Shown piece after piece: positions 18,035-26,436 of a stretch of DNA of 52,887 nucleotides. Source of the DNA: a virus (Duplodnaviria; Caudoviricetes); the IMG/VR virus record IMGVR_UViG_3300037760_000130, positions 1 to 52,887 of that record. One strand, written 5' to 3'. The notes under the pieces were generated by a model. It searched no databases. It had not been told where the DNA came from and was given only the letters and a program-made list of their open reading frames with translations. Both the position numbers and the translations under genes were made by a program. How positions within the stretch are numbered: position 1 is the stretch's first letter; each line of letters begins with the position of its first letter.

Positions 18035-18510
18035 AGCGCCCGCTCCAGGATTTCCTCGATGATCGGATCCACGCGTTCGGCGGTCGGCGCCATGTACGGA
18101 CGTGCCCAGATGATGACCCCGCGGCTGTCGGCGCCCCCGTACTCGAGGCGGCGCGCATAGGCGGGGCTTTCCTGGCCGCCGGATGTGACCCCGAGCCCGG
18201 TGCCGACCTCAGCCTCGATCGTCGTGCGGTCGCGCCACTTGGGCTCGGTATGGCCCACGGAGTTACGCAGTGCGCCGAACAGCACGGCCGGAGGCTCACC
18301 GGGCGCGGATGCGACGTGCAGATTGCCGGCCCGGCTGACCCGGTACGTCCGCCCGCTGCGCTTGCCCGTGAGCGTCTTCTTCAGCTCGGACTCGAAGCGC
18401 AGGACCGAGCGCTTCATCGCGAGCGCGGCCTTGGGCCTCAGCTCTTCGATGGTCTCGTCCATCATGCCGTCGAGGCCTTCCCATTCGTCGCCCGAGCGGA
18501 ACCGGATCAT
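18031..18510 (-). CDS. HK97 gp10-like neck/tail component
   Basis: MIRFRSG...HVASAPGEPPAVLFGALRNSV...YARRLEYG...RPYMAP motifs. Confidence 0.8.
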   Translation of the reverse strand: MIRFRSGDEWEGLDGMMDETIEELRPKAALAMKRSVLRFESELKKTLTGKRSGRTYRVSRAGNLHVASAPGEPPAVLFGALRNSVGHTEPKWRDRTTIEAEVGTGLGVTSGGQESPAYARRLEYGGADSRGVIIWARPYMAPTAERVDPIIEEILERAL

Positions 18511-18863
18511 GACCCCAGCTCCGGCAGCTTCCCATGGAACTCGGTGCAACGCGCCTCGACGTGGTGGCCGCGCGGCTTCGAGGACGATTCTACTTCGAGC
18601 GTCGCGGGCGCATCCGGACCAGATATCAGCTCGACGACGTCGCGCTGCTCGAGCGTCACGGCGGGCAGGAAGTACACCGTGCGCTCTCCGCTCGGCACGA
18701 GCCCGGGCCCGGCGTCCGACAGCACCGCCCTCATGCGCTTGAGCGTGCAGGGCACGGAGTCGTATACGGGGGCGCGGTCGTGTACCGTCTCGCGGTGGTC
18801 GCCCAAGGTCTCGTCGAGACGCCAGACGCGGGCCTGGTGATCGAGTAGCGAGGCGAACGACAT
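18507..18863 (-). CDS. Head-closure / head-tail adaptor protein
   Basis: MSFASLLDHQARVWR...HHVEARC; 118 aa; canonical position. Confidence 0.7.
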   Translation of the reverse strand: MSFASLLDHQARVWRLDETLGDHRETVHDRAPVYDSVPCTLKRMRAVLSDAGPGLVPSGERTVYFLPAVTLEQRDVVELISGPDAPATLEVESSSKPRGHHVEARCTEFHGKLPELGS

Positions 18864-19420
18864 CAGATGCGCCCTCGCTTCCAGCGGGCCCGCACGGAGC
18901 TCCACATGCGGGACGCGCCGGCCAGTTCGCCGATGTCGGCCAGCGTGTACGCGTAGTCGCCGATCCGCTCGCTCTTGATGCCCGCCATGTCCCCGCTGCG
19001 GGCACGCCACGCCGCGGCGACCAGATCGAGCACGACCTGCTGGATGTCGCCCGGCACCTCGTCGAATCCCTCGTCGTAGGTCGCCCGGTAGTTGCGCTTG
19101 CCTGGCGTCCACCACGGGGGGGAGCGCGCGTACAGGCCGCGCCCGTCGAGCTCGTAGGCGCTCGCTTCGATCGTGTCCCAGTCGCCGGCTGCAGTGCCGC
19201 GCACCTCGACTGCGACCGCATCGACCGGCGGCTGACGCAGATACAGTGCGTGCTCGCCGGTCCCGTCCAGCACCTCGACCTTGGCCCTGGGCTCCCGGAA
19301 GTACCAGTCGAGGTCGTGCTCGACGAACTCCGAAACCCGATCAAGCAGCGCCTGCAGGTCCGAGTCGTGCTCGTCGTCCTCGATCTTGAGCCACGCCTTG
19401 GCTGTCGCGAGCGGGATCAT
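18863..19420 (-). CDS. Head-tail connector protein (gp6-like)
   Basis: LATAKAWLKIEDDEHDSDLQALL...VPGDIQQVVL...KSERIGDYAYT. Confidence 0.85.
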   Translation of the reverse strand: MIPLATAKAWLKIEDDEHDSDLQALLDRVSEFVEHDLDWYFREPRAKVEVLDGTGEHALYLRQPPVDAVAVEVRGTAAGDWDTIEASAYELDGRGLYARSPPWWTPGKRNYRATYDEGFDEVPGDIQQVVLDLVAAAWRARSGDMAGIKSERIGDYAYTLADIGELAGASRMWSSVRARWKRGRI

Positions 19421-19707
19421 GGGTCGAGCTCCCGGAGCAGGGTCCGCACGTCCCCTACGGTGTAGCCGGTCGCCCCGCTCGGGGTAAGCAAACTGTCGGC
19501 GAATTCCGTGCGTGACAGCCCCTCGGCGCGCGCCAGGTCCTCAGCCCGCGGGCTGGCGAACGCGACGCCGTACAGCGGATCGTTGGCTGCGGAGGCGGCG
19601 GCGGCCTGGGCCTCTTCACGGGCGCGCTGCTGGAACGCCTGGACGTCTGCGTTCCATGCGCGCGTCTTCTTGCCCGCCGCCGCCAGCTTCCGCAACCAGT
19701 ACGACAC
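19417..19707 (-). CDS. Small protein with E3-binding (PSBD)-like domain
   Basis: FASPRAEDLARAEGL...PSGATGYTVGDVR resembles the ASPxARxLAxExG...GxGxxITxxDV pattern. Confidence 0.55.
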   Translation of the reverse strand: MSYWLRKLAAAGKKTRAWNADVQAFQQRAREEAQAAAASAANDPLYGVAFASPRAEDLARAEGLSRTEFADSLLTPSGATGYTVGDVRTLLRELDP

Positions 19708-19711
19708 CGCG

Positions 19712-21841
19712 TCAGTCCTCCACGACCGGCGCTGCGGCGCGCTCGGCCACGGCACGCACGTCGGCCGCCGTGAAGCCGTTGACTCCGCTCGGCTCGTAGC
19801 CGTCGAAGTCAGACGCCTGCAGGGCGGCTTCTTCCGCCACCTCCTCCGCCTCGGGGCTCGCGAACGGCACACCAGCGAGCTCGTCGTCGTCCTCGAAGTC
19901 GTTGTCACCGACCTCGGCATCCTCCGGCGGCTCGGCCTTGCCCTCGGGCTCGTCGGCCTTGTCCTCGAACTCCGGGGGCTCCGGCCGGAGCATCTTGTCC
20001 TCGACCGGACGCTGCATCTTGACGCCGCCCTCGTTCGGGGTCTGGTGCGCATCCTGGTGGGCCTGCCTGCGGCGCTCGCGGTCCTCGTCGAGCTTCATGC
20101 GCCGTTCGGCTGCGGTCATCTCGAGGGCAGCCTCTTCCTGGGCCACGGCGATGCGGTTCCTGCGCTCGTGCTCCGCCTTCCTCCGTGCCCGCTCTTCGCG
20201 CAGCCGCTTGTTTCTGTTCAGCATACTGCCTCCGTTCCTCAGTTGGTTGGCGATCAGCAGCGCGTCGCCCGTGTAGCGGCGCGCGAGTCTCTTGCCCGCA
20301 GGCCGTGCCTCGTGGCGGCGGGCCTCTTCCTCGGACGCGCGGAACACGTCGCCCTCGGAGACATCGTCCGTGCCGAGCTTGAAGGCCTGCAGTGCAACCA
20401 TGAGCACCCCGGCGCCCCTGCCATTGCCGCTCGACTCGTTGCCCGCCGCGACCTGGTGCACGAGCTCCCACATCAGGTCAGGGTGCCCGCGTGCGCTCTG
20501 GAAGAGACGAAACAGGCGCCGGTTCTCGCGGCTTCCGCGGTGCGCCTTCCGGGTGCGAGGCTCGCCGTGCCACAGGTGCCAGAGATCGCCCTCGAAGCGC
20601 TCATGAGGCCCGACGAGCGTGTCCAGGATCGCGGCCAGCGCTTCGTCCTCGGCACCCCAGCCCTCGAACCGATCCGGGATCCCGCCGCTGGCCTCGTAGT
20701 CGCTCCTGCGCACGATCACGATCCCGCCGCCCGCGAAGCCCGTGTAGGCCTGACGCGACAGCCTGCCGGATACGTCCGAGCTCGCGGGATCCCGGCCAAG
20801 CACAGCGGCCGTGCTTTTCTCGTCGAGCCGCTTGACGCGCGTGTGCGGCACGACCCACGGGGCCTCGCGGGAGCGCACCAACTCGGTCGCCCGCTCGAGC
20901 TCGGAGGCCTCGACCACGCAGTCGGCGTCCGCGATCACGAGCACGTCGCCGGTCGCACGATCCAAGGCGTCGGCCACAGCCGCGCCTTTTCGCCAGGCGC
21001 CCGTCTGGGGCCCGCTTTCGACGATCTGCCACCCAGGGTGCAGGCGCCCGTAGCGCTGGCGCAGCCACGCCCAGGCCCGGTCCCGTGCGCCGCCGTCCGG
21101 GCGCCACGGCACCAGCACCGAGACGCCCCCGTGACGCCTGCGCAGCCCTTGCAGCTTCCGGCCCGTGAACGCGCTCAGCCGTTCGGACACTCGCCGCGTG
21201 TTGAAGACGCTGCCGGCGTGCTGCCGGTAGAGGAAGCACGGACGCTTGGTGGCCACGAAGCGGGCAGGCGGATCGAGCTGCGCGAAGCTGATCCAGAGCG
21301 CGGTATCCCAGCCCCCGTCCATGTCGGTCCGGTACGGTGAACGCAGCCAGTACGTACGACGGAACGGGCTCACCCCGGAGCACGGCGCCTTGGCCTTGAG
21401 CGTCTGCTCGCCGCGGTGCGACGAGTAGAGCCGGGTGCGGTTCCTCGGGCCGGCCTTGAGGTTGCCGCATCGCTCGTAGCCGAGCCCGATCACGTCCGCG
21501 TTGGGCGCCAGCTTGGCGACGTCACAGAGCATGTGCGGCATCGCCATGTCGTCGGCGTCCAGGTGCTGCACCCACTCGACCTCGCCCGCGAGCGCGACCG
21601 CCGCGTTTCTGGCCGAGCCGAAGTCGGTGAACGGGACACGCTTCGTGCGTACCCGAATGCCAGCCCTCTCGAGGATGGCCGCGGCACGCTCGATCTGCTG
21701 GGGCGTCGTGTCTGTGCTGCCGTTGTCCACGATGCAGACGAGCACCGGTGCCGTTCTGAGCGCTGCGATCGAGGTCGCCCACTCCTCGAGGTAGCGCCCG
21801 TAGTTGTGGCAGCTGGTGACGATAGCGAGGTCCAAGCTCAT
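19712..21841 (-). CDS. Tandem GT2-family glycosyltransferase fused to C-terminal charged and PSBD-like domains
   Basis: Domain 1: IVTSCHNYGRYL, IVDNGSTD, ARNAAV, HLDADD. Domain 2: VSVLVPWR, VIADADC, FEGWGAED, LWHLWH. Then charged coiled coil, acidic tract and FASPEAEEVA...GFTAADVR. Confidence 0.85.
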   Translation of the reverse strand: MSLDLAIVTSCHNYGRYLEEWATSIAALRTAPVLVCIVDNGSTDTTPQQIERAAAILERAGIRVRTKRVPFTDFGSARNAAVALAGEVEWVQHLDADDMAMPHMLCDVAKLAPNADVIGLGYERCGNLKAGPRNRTRLYSSHRGEQTLKAKAPCSGVSPFRRTYWLRSPYRTDMDGGWDTALWISFAQLDPPARFVATKRPCFLYRQHAGSVFNTRRVSERLSAFTGRKLQGLRRRHGGVSVLVPWRPDGGARDRAWAWLRQRYGRLHPGWQIVESGPQTGAWRKGAAVADALDRATGDVLVIADADCVVEASELERATELVRSREAPWVVPHTRVKRLDEKSTAAVLGRDPASSDVSGRLSRQAYTGFAGGGIVIVRRSDYEASGGIPDRFEGWGAEDEALAAILDTLVGPHERFEGDLWHLWHGEPRTRKAHRGSRENRRLFRLFQSARGHPDLMWELVHQVAAGNESSGNGRGAGVLMVALQAFKLGTDDVSEGDVFRASEEEARRHEARPAGKRLARRYTGDALLIANQLRNGGSMLNRNKRLREERARRKAEHERRNRIAVAQEEAALEMTAAERRMKLDEDRERRRQAHQDAHQTPNEGGVKMQRPVEDKMLRPEPPEFEDKADEPEGKAEPPEDAEVGDNDFEDDDELAGVPFASPEAEEVAEEAALQASDFDGYEPSGVNGFTAADVRAVAERAAAPVVED

Positions 21842-22677
21842 GCCGGCACCTTCGCGCCACGCACCAGCTCGAGGCAGCGCGCCACCACGGCGGCGGGCTG
21901 GCTCCAGCCGTGGCCCGCCACCTCGATCATCGCTCCGGTGTGGTTCGCCGCCCGGTAGTACTCCTCGATCCGGATCGGCCAGTACTCGGGGGCCTGGGGC
22001 TTGCCGTCGCCGTCCGTCGGCTGGCCCGGCGCGACTCGGCCACCGTTGGCGCCCACCAAGAGGAGCGGAGCCCCACAGAGCACCGCCAGGTGCGCGAGGC
22101 CGGCGTCGGTCGCGATAACCAGTCGCGCCGCCCGCATCGCCTCGATCGTGGCGTCCAGGGTTCGCTCGTAGTCCCACGCGCGCTCGTCGACGCCGAGCTT
22201 GCGATAGGAGGTCTCCTTCGCACCGGCGCTGAACACACGGAGACCTTCGGCCTTCAGCGCGCCCGCTAGCGGGCGCCAGCCCGGCCAGTTCTTGGCGGGG
22301 CCGTACTCACGCTTTCGAGGGCAGATCACCACGTCCGGGGCCAGCGCGTCGCCGCGCTGGGGCTCCCACGGCTCGGGCACGAAGCGGTGCTCCTTGCGTC
22401 GTGGGTCCCGGTCGTCCGGCGTGATGAAGCGGGCCGTCGGGTAGGACTGGGACAGGCGCTTCTTCCACATCCGGACGAAGTCTTTGTCGTGGTCGTAGGT
22501 CCAGCGGCGCTCGGCGTCCTTCTTGCGGTCGACGATCAGCCGGTCACAGCTCGGGTAAAGCGCTTCCAGGCCGGGCTCGTGGCAGACGAGCACGGGGCGC
22601 TCGATCGCGGCAACGGCCGGGACGTGGTAGCGCACCATGATCCCGAACTCACCCCGGAACGGCAGCACGATCTTCAC
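21838..22677 (-). CDS. GT9-like (GT-B, heptosyltransferase-like) glycosyltransferase
   Basis: GTG start; PFRGEFG; KNWPGWRPLA; LVIATDAGLAHLAVLCGAP matches the GT9 D(S/A)GxxHLA motif. Confidence 0.75.
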   Translation of the reverse strand: MKIVLPFRGEFGIMVRYHVPAVAAIERPVLVCHEPGLEALYPSCDRLIVDRKKDAERRWTYDHDKDFVRMWKKRLSQSYPTARFITPDDRDPRRKEHRFVPEPWEPQRGDALAPDVVICPRKREYGPAKNWPGWRPLAGALKAEGLRVFSAGAKETSYRKLGVDERAWDYERTLDATIEAMRAARLVIATDAGLAHLAVLCGAPLLLVGANGGRVAPGQPTDGDGKPQAPEYWPIRIEEYYRAANHTGAMIEVAGHGWSQPAAVVARCLELVRGAKVPA

Positions 22678-23060
22678 GGTGCCACCACGCGGTAGAGAGC
22701 CCTGTGCCCGCGCCACCGCTCCTTCGCGGGGCTGATGATGCTCGCCGCCGTCACGATGCCTTCGGCGGGGTTGTCCGCCTGCAAGCGGTAGTCGAGGCCG
22801 ACCTCCTGCACGAACACCTCGATGCCCTCGAGGGCGGCCAGGTAGAGGCGGTGGCTCCCCTCGATCGCCTTGAGCGTGCGGGTGGTCGGACAGCGCACGG
22901 CACGGATCACGCACACGCCCCGGCCATTGAGTTCCCGCCGGATCGGCTCCAGCTGGTCGTCGGTGTAGTACGGCCAGTGCGGCGCCTGCACGTGGGTCGC
23001 GTCGGCCGCGCAGCGGAGCGTCGGGACCAACTCGGGCGCACGGTAGGCGGGGCGGCTCAC
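22674..23060 (-). CDS. ParB/Srx-like N-terminal domain protein
   Basis: AIEGSHRLYLA resembles the ParB-fold (I/L)DGxHR motif; GTG overlaps upstream stop. Confidence 0.55.
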   Translation of the reverse strand: MSRPAYRAPELVPTLRCAADATHVQAPHWPYYTDDQLEPIRRELNGRGVCVIRAVRCPTTRTLKAIEGSHRLYLAALEGIEVFVQEVGLDYRLQADNPAEGIVTAASIISPAKERWRGHRALYRVVAP

Positions 23061-23629
23061 TGGCCCACCTTCCGGCGGAAGTGACCGGGGCCGGGCGGGG
23101 GCGCCTTCTTCTGTACCCGCTTCCGTAGATCGGCCTCGGTCGCCTTCGTCCGAGGCTTGTAGCCCAGCCGCACCTGCTGCTCCATCCCGGCCAGCGCCTC
23201 GGAGAACGCGCCGGCCACGATGCGGAATTCCTCGAGCGTGACGTGCCGGCGAAAGTCCCGCCAATGCACATGCACCTCACCCAACGAGTGCGGGTGCTCG
23301 AGTTCGATTCTGAGCCTGCGGGGCCAGTACGTCGACTCGTGGGGCTTCGGGCTCGCCACGAGGTCCTCGGGGCCGCCCGTGGCCTTGAGAAGCGTGTCGC
23401 GGTAGGCCTGCTCGCGGTATTCGGGGTTATCGGCCAGGTAGCGGCGCACATCGGCCGCGGCAGCGTTCAGGTTGTCCACGTACTCGAAGAACTCGGGTAG
23501 GCTGAACTCCTGCCGCATGTCCCGGTGGTGGACGTGCAGGTTCTCGGCGAGGTCGACGAGCATCTGCCCCGTCTCGGGCAGGCGCTCGGGCAGCGTCCGC
23601 TCGGCGAGTACGCGCATCACGCGGCCCAT
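23057..23629 (-). CDS. Hypothetical protein with internally duplicated HVHxRDxR motif
   Basis: ENLHVHHRDMRQEFSLPEF and GEVHVHWRDFRRHVTLEEF; start 23629 or 23617. Confidence 0.7.
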   Translation of the reverse strand: MGRVMRVLAERTLPERLPETGQMLVDLAENLHVHHRDMRQEFSLPEFFEYVDNLNAAAADVRRYLADNPEYREQAYRDTLLKATGGPEDLVASPKPHESTYWPRRLRIELEHPHSLGEVHVHWRDFRRHVTLEEFRIVAGAFSEALAGMEQQVRLGYKPRTKATEADLRKRVQKKAPPPGPGHFRRKVGQ

Positions 23630-24183
23630 GCGCTCACCCCCCGGAGGAAGACGTCGGGCACTTTCGCCACCTTCTCGATGAGCCCGCGGTAGGCGCGCTC
23701 GATACGGCGGCGGTCGGCGTCCGAGCACGTCGTGGTGCGCTCCCGCCACGGGAGCCAACGCACACCGCGGCCAAGGAATCGCTCGATCGCAGCACGTCCA
23801 TCGGGGCGTCCCAGCGCCTCATAACGCACGAACAGCGTCGTCGAGGGCGCCGAGCCGTACCACGAGTCCCAGATGGCCTCGTAGCCCAGCACGTCCTCGT
23901 CGTAGAGGTCCGCAGCGGGCGGCCACGCGGCGCCGCAATTGGCGAAGTGGTTCGGCTCGTACCGATTCCGGCGCGTGCTCGCGACGGACTGCGCCACGTC
24001 GCCGAACAGAAACACGGTGTGGGTCGCGTCCGGTATGCGTGGGTTGCCCACCAGCCGGTGAGTCCCGCCCACGCCGAAGTGCTCCGGCATGGACGGGGGC
24101 GAAAACTCACCCTGTGGCAGGCCCGCGATCGAGCGCTTCAGGTACGTCTTGCCCGAGCGCGGGATGGACGCGACGAGGATCAC
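23617..24183 (-). CDS. Sulfotransferase-like P-loop protein
   Basis: GGAG RBS, GTG; ILVASIPRSGKTYL resembles the 5'-PSB loop PRSGT(T/S)xL; SVAS, LFVRYEAL and IERFLG resemble the sulfotransferase C-terminal patterns. Confidence 0.7.
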   Translation of the reverse strand: MILVASIPRSGKTYLKRSIAGLPQGEFSPPSMPEHFGVGGTHRLVGNPRIPDATHTVFLFGDVAQSVASTRRNRYEPNHFANCGAAWPPAADLYDEDVLGYEAIWDSWYGSAPSTTLFVRYEALGRPDGRAAIERFLGRGVRWLPWRERTTTCSDADRRRIERAYRGLIEKVAKVPDVFLRGVSAWAA

Positions 24184-24202
24184 GTATCGGCTCCATCGGT
24201 TG

Positions 24203-24245
24203 CGGCCGCCCGACCGGGGCTCACCCACCCCGGCCGGGCCAGCCG
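24203..24245 (-). terminator. Strong GC hairpin between capsid gene and modification cluster (attenuator or mRNA stabiliser)
   Basis: CGGCTGGCCCGGCCGGGG-TGGGTGAG-CCCCGGTCGGGCGGCCG; no U-tract. Confidence 0.5.
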
Positions 24246-24251
24246 TCAGGA

Positions 24252-25643
24252 TCAGGACGAAGCGGCGGCGGTTTCGAAGTGCGCGAACGCGGCCGGCGCG
24301 TAGATCGGGAGCGCGATCCGCTCCTCGGCCAGGATCGTCCGCATATTCTCCACCAACTGCCGATCGATGAGCCCGACCTGGATCGTGGTCTGCATCCGGT
24401 CCAGGAGCTGGGCGCCCATCTGCCAGTCGCCGACGACGATGTTGCGCTCGCCGGTCTCACGAGACTGCGCACCGACCGCCTCGACCACCCGGATTCCCCA
24501 GATGCGCGAGCCGTTGTTGTCGGTGACCACGACCCAGACGTAGCGGTCGTCCGTGCCCTTCTCGAGCACGATGGTCTCCCAGTCGAACGGGTGGATGACG
24601 GTCGCGTTCGCCTCGTAGCCGGCCACCATCACGTCGGTGATGCCCATCCGGACCACGTCGATCAGGGTGTGGTTGGAGCTGTTGTAGCGGCCGTTCGTGG
24701 CGATGTCCTGCGTGCCGGACACCGTGAGGATCCCCTCGAGGTTCGGCACGGCCCCGGACCCGTACAGGATCTGCTCCTCCTCGGAGCGCATGATCGAGTA
24801 CCGCAGCCGCCCGTCGATCAGCGAGCGCAGCTGCGCCCAGTCCTCGAGCTGCTGGTTCTGGACCGGCATCCAGCCGGCGATCGTCCTGACCGCCGCCGCC
24901 TGGAGGCTGTACTCGACGTCTTCCTCGGGCTTCTCGACGCCGTGCGCGGTCGGGGCGGCGAGCGCGCTGAAGCTCTCCTCCCGCACGTACTCGACGCTGC
25001 CCGCGCTGGTCTGGCCGGAGCCGATCACGTCGCGGATGCGGAGCCGCTCGTCGGCCGTGACATGGGCGACCCGGCTCAGCCGCTCGGGCTCGATGACGCC
25101 CGTGCCCACCGTCGGGACGGCCTTCATCTCCTTGGTGCGCATGAACTGCTCGTAGGTCTTCCGCTGGTCGCGGGTGAGCGGCACGAGCGCCTCGCCGCGC
25201 GGGCCCACGATGACGTTCTTGCCGTTCACGACGCAGGGCAGCTGCACGACGGCGTGGTGGCCTCGCGAGTAGTTGCCGGCCGCGAAGTGCTGGAACTCCT
25301 CGCTCCGGATCACCGCGTCCCCGACCGACACGTAGCCGGCCACGTCGCGGTCGCCCAGCCGCTCCTTGTGGTGGCTCCGCGAGTTGGGCATCGTCGGGTC
25401 CGGGACCTCACGCAGCCGCTCGCGCTGGGCGTTCAGCTGCTGGTACTTCATCTCGGCCTCGATGTCCTGCTGCAGCGCGTCGCCTTCCGCGCACAGAGTC
25501 TCGAAGGTCTTCCGGTCCTCCGGGTCCCAGCGCCGCTTCTTCTTGGTGTCGGGGTCGACCTCGTCGTAGAAGTCCTGGAGCTTCTTCGCCTCGTCGAGGA
25601 TCTTGTCGAGGTCCTTCTGCCGGTCTGCTACGGCGTCAGCCAT
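24252..25643 (-). CDS. Major capsid protein (HK97 fold, with N-terminal delta-domain-like region)
   Basis: N-terminal coiled coil; VEKPE, VRTIAGW, EEEQILYGSG, NLEGIL, IWGIRVVE, ILAEERIALPIYAPAAF; ends ETAAASS. Confidence 0.95.
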   Translation of the reverse strand: MADAVADRQKDLDKILDEAKKLQDFYDEVDPDTKKKRRWDPEDRKTFETLCAEGDALQQDIEAEMKYQQLNAQRERLREVPDPTMPNSRSHHKERLGDRDVAGYVSVGDAVIRSEEFQHFAAGNYSRGHHAVVQLPCVVNGKNVIVGPRGEALVPLTRDQRKTYEQFMRTKEMKAVPTVGTGVIEPERLSRVAHVTADERLRIRDVIGSGQTSAGSVEYVREESFSALAAPTAHGVEKPEEDVEYSLQAAAVRTIAGWMPVQNQQLEDWAQLRSLIDGRLRYSIMRSEEEQILYGSGAVPNLEGILTVSGTQDIATNGRYNSSNHTLIDVVRMGITDVMVAGYEANATVIHPFDWETIVLEKGTDDRYVWVVVTDNNGSRIWGIRVVEAVGAQSRETGERNIVVGDWQMGAQLLDRMQTTIQVGLIDRQLVENMRTILAEERIALPIYAPAAFAHFETAAASS

Positions 25644-26436
25644 GATGCTGCCTCCCTCGGTGGTGTGAAACGAGTGTTGCCAGCCGACGTAGCCGCAGCT
25701 GGTCGAGCATCCGGACATCGGGGGGATCGTCGGAGTCCCCCTCGCTGTCGGACTTGGGTGTGTCTTCGAACAGGCTCAGCTCCTCGGCGTCGCCCTTGAC
25801 GGCGTTGGGGCATGCGGGGCCCTCGCACTTCGCGAGCGCCTCGCTGAGCACGGACTTGAGCTCGGGGCGGACGCCCGGGCGGCAGCGCTCGATCACCGTG
25901 TCGAGCTCGGCGGTGAGGCGCTGCTTCACGGTGGCCGAATCGATCCGGGCCTCAGGGTTCATCGGGAACAGCACCAGGCTGACCTCGTGGAGCTCGATCT
26001 GCTTGAGCACCCGGATCTCGATGCCGTCCTCGTCTTCGTCCATCTCCCACTTGATCGCCCGGTAGCCGATCGACATGGAGTCCACGAACGGGCCGCCGCC
26101 CTCCTCGTCGGAACGCAGGCGGTGCATGATCTCGTCGCCGTCCGCACCGGGCACGATCCGCCACTTCGTCCAGAGGCCTTCGTCGACTTCCTTGGCGTCG
26201 ATGAGCTTGCCCACGGCGTCCCTGACGCTGAACCAGTTGTGGGAGTCCAGGAGCGGCAGCACGCGGCCCGCGGCCTTCCAGTCGCGGATCGTCTTCTTGA
26301 ACGCACCCGGCTTGATGACGTCGTCGCCTAAGTCGCGGTCCCAGGTCGAGGCGAGGCCTTCGAACGTCCTGGCCTCCTCGTCGAGCTGCTTGACCTCCAT
26401 GCGGCGGATCGCGCGGAGCTTCGTCTCGGTGCTCAT
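25636..26436 (-). CDS. HK97-family prohead protease
   Basis: FEGLASTW, DVIKPGAFKKT, LLDSH, SMSIGY, LHEVSLVLFPMNPEA. Confidence 0.95.
   Translation of the reverse strand: MSTETKLRAIRRMEVKQLDEEARTFEGLASTWDRDLGDDVIKPGAFKKTIRDWKAAGRVLPLLDSHNWFSVRDAVGKLIDAKEVDEGLWTKWRIVPGADGDEIMHRLRSDEEGGGPFVDSMSIGYRAIKWEMDEDEDGIEIRVLKQIELHEVSLVLFPMNPEARIDSATVKQRLTAELDTVIERCRPGVRPELKSVLSEALAKCEGPACPNAVKGDAEELSLFEDTPKSDSEGDSDDPPDVRMLDQLRLRRLATLVSHHRGRQHHG

Noticed and set aside
22674-23060. Plasmid partition system
   Set aside because: The ParB-like gene lacks an HTH, has no ParA partner, and is embedded in the late operon.
19508-25799. Long plus-strand ORFs (e.g. 19508-21340, 24039-25799; similarly 15774-17345, 35878-37326)
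   Set aside because: Antisense shadows of real genes in high-GC DNA; Arg/Ala/Pro-rich with no motifs.
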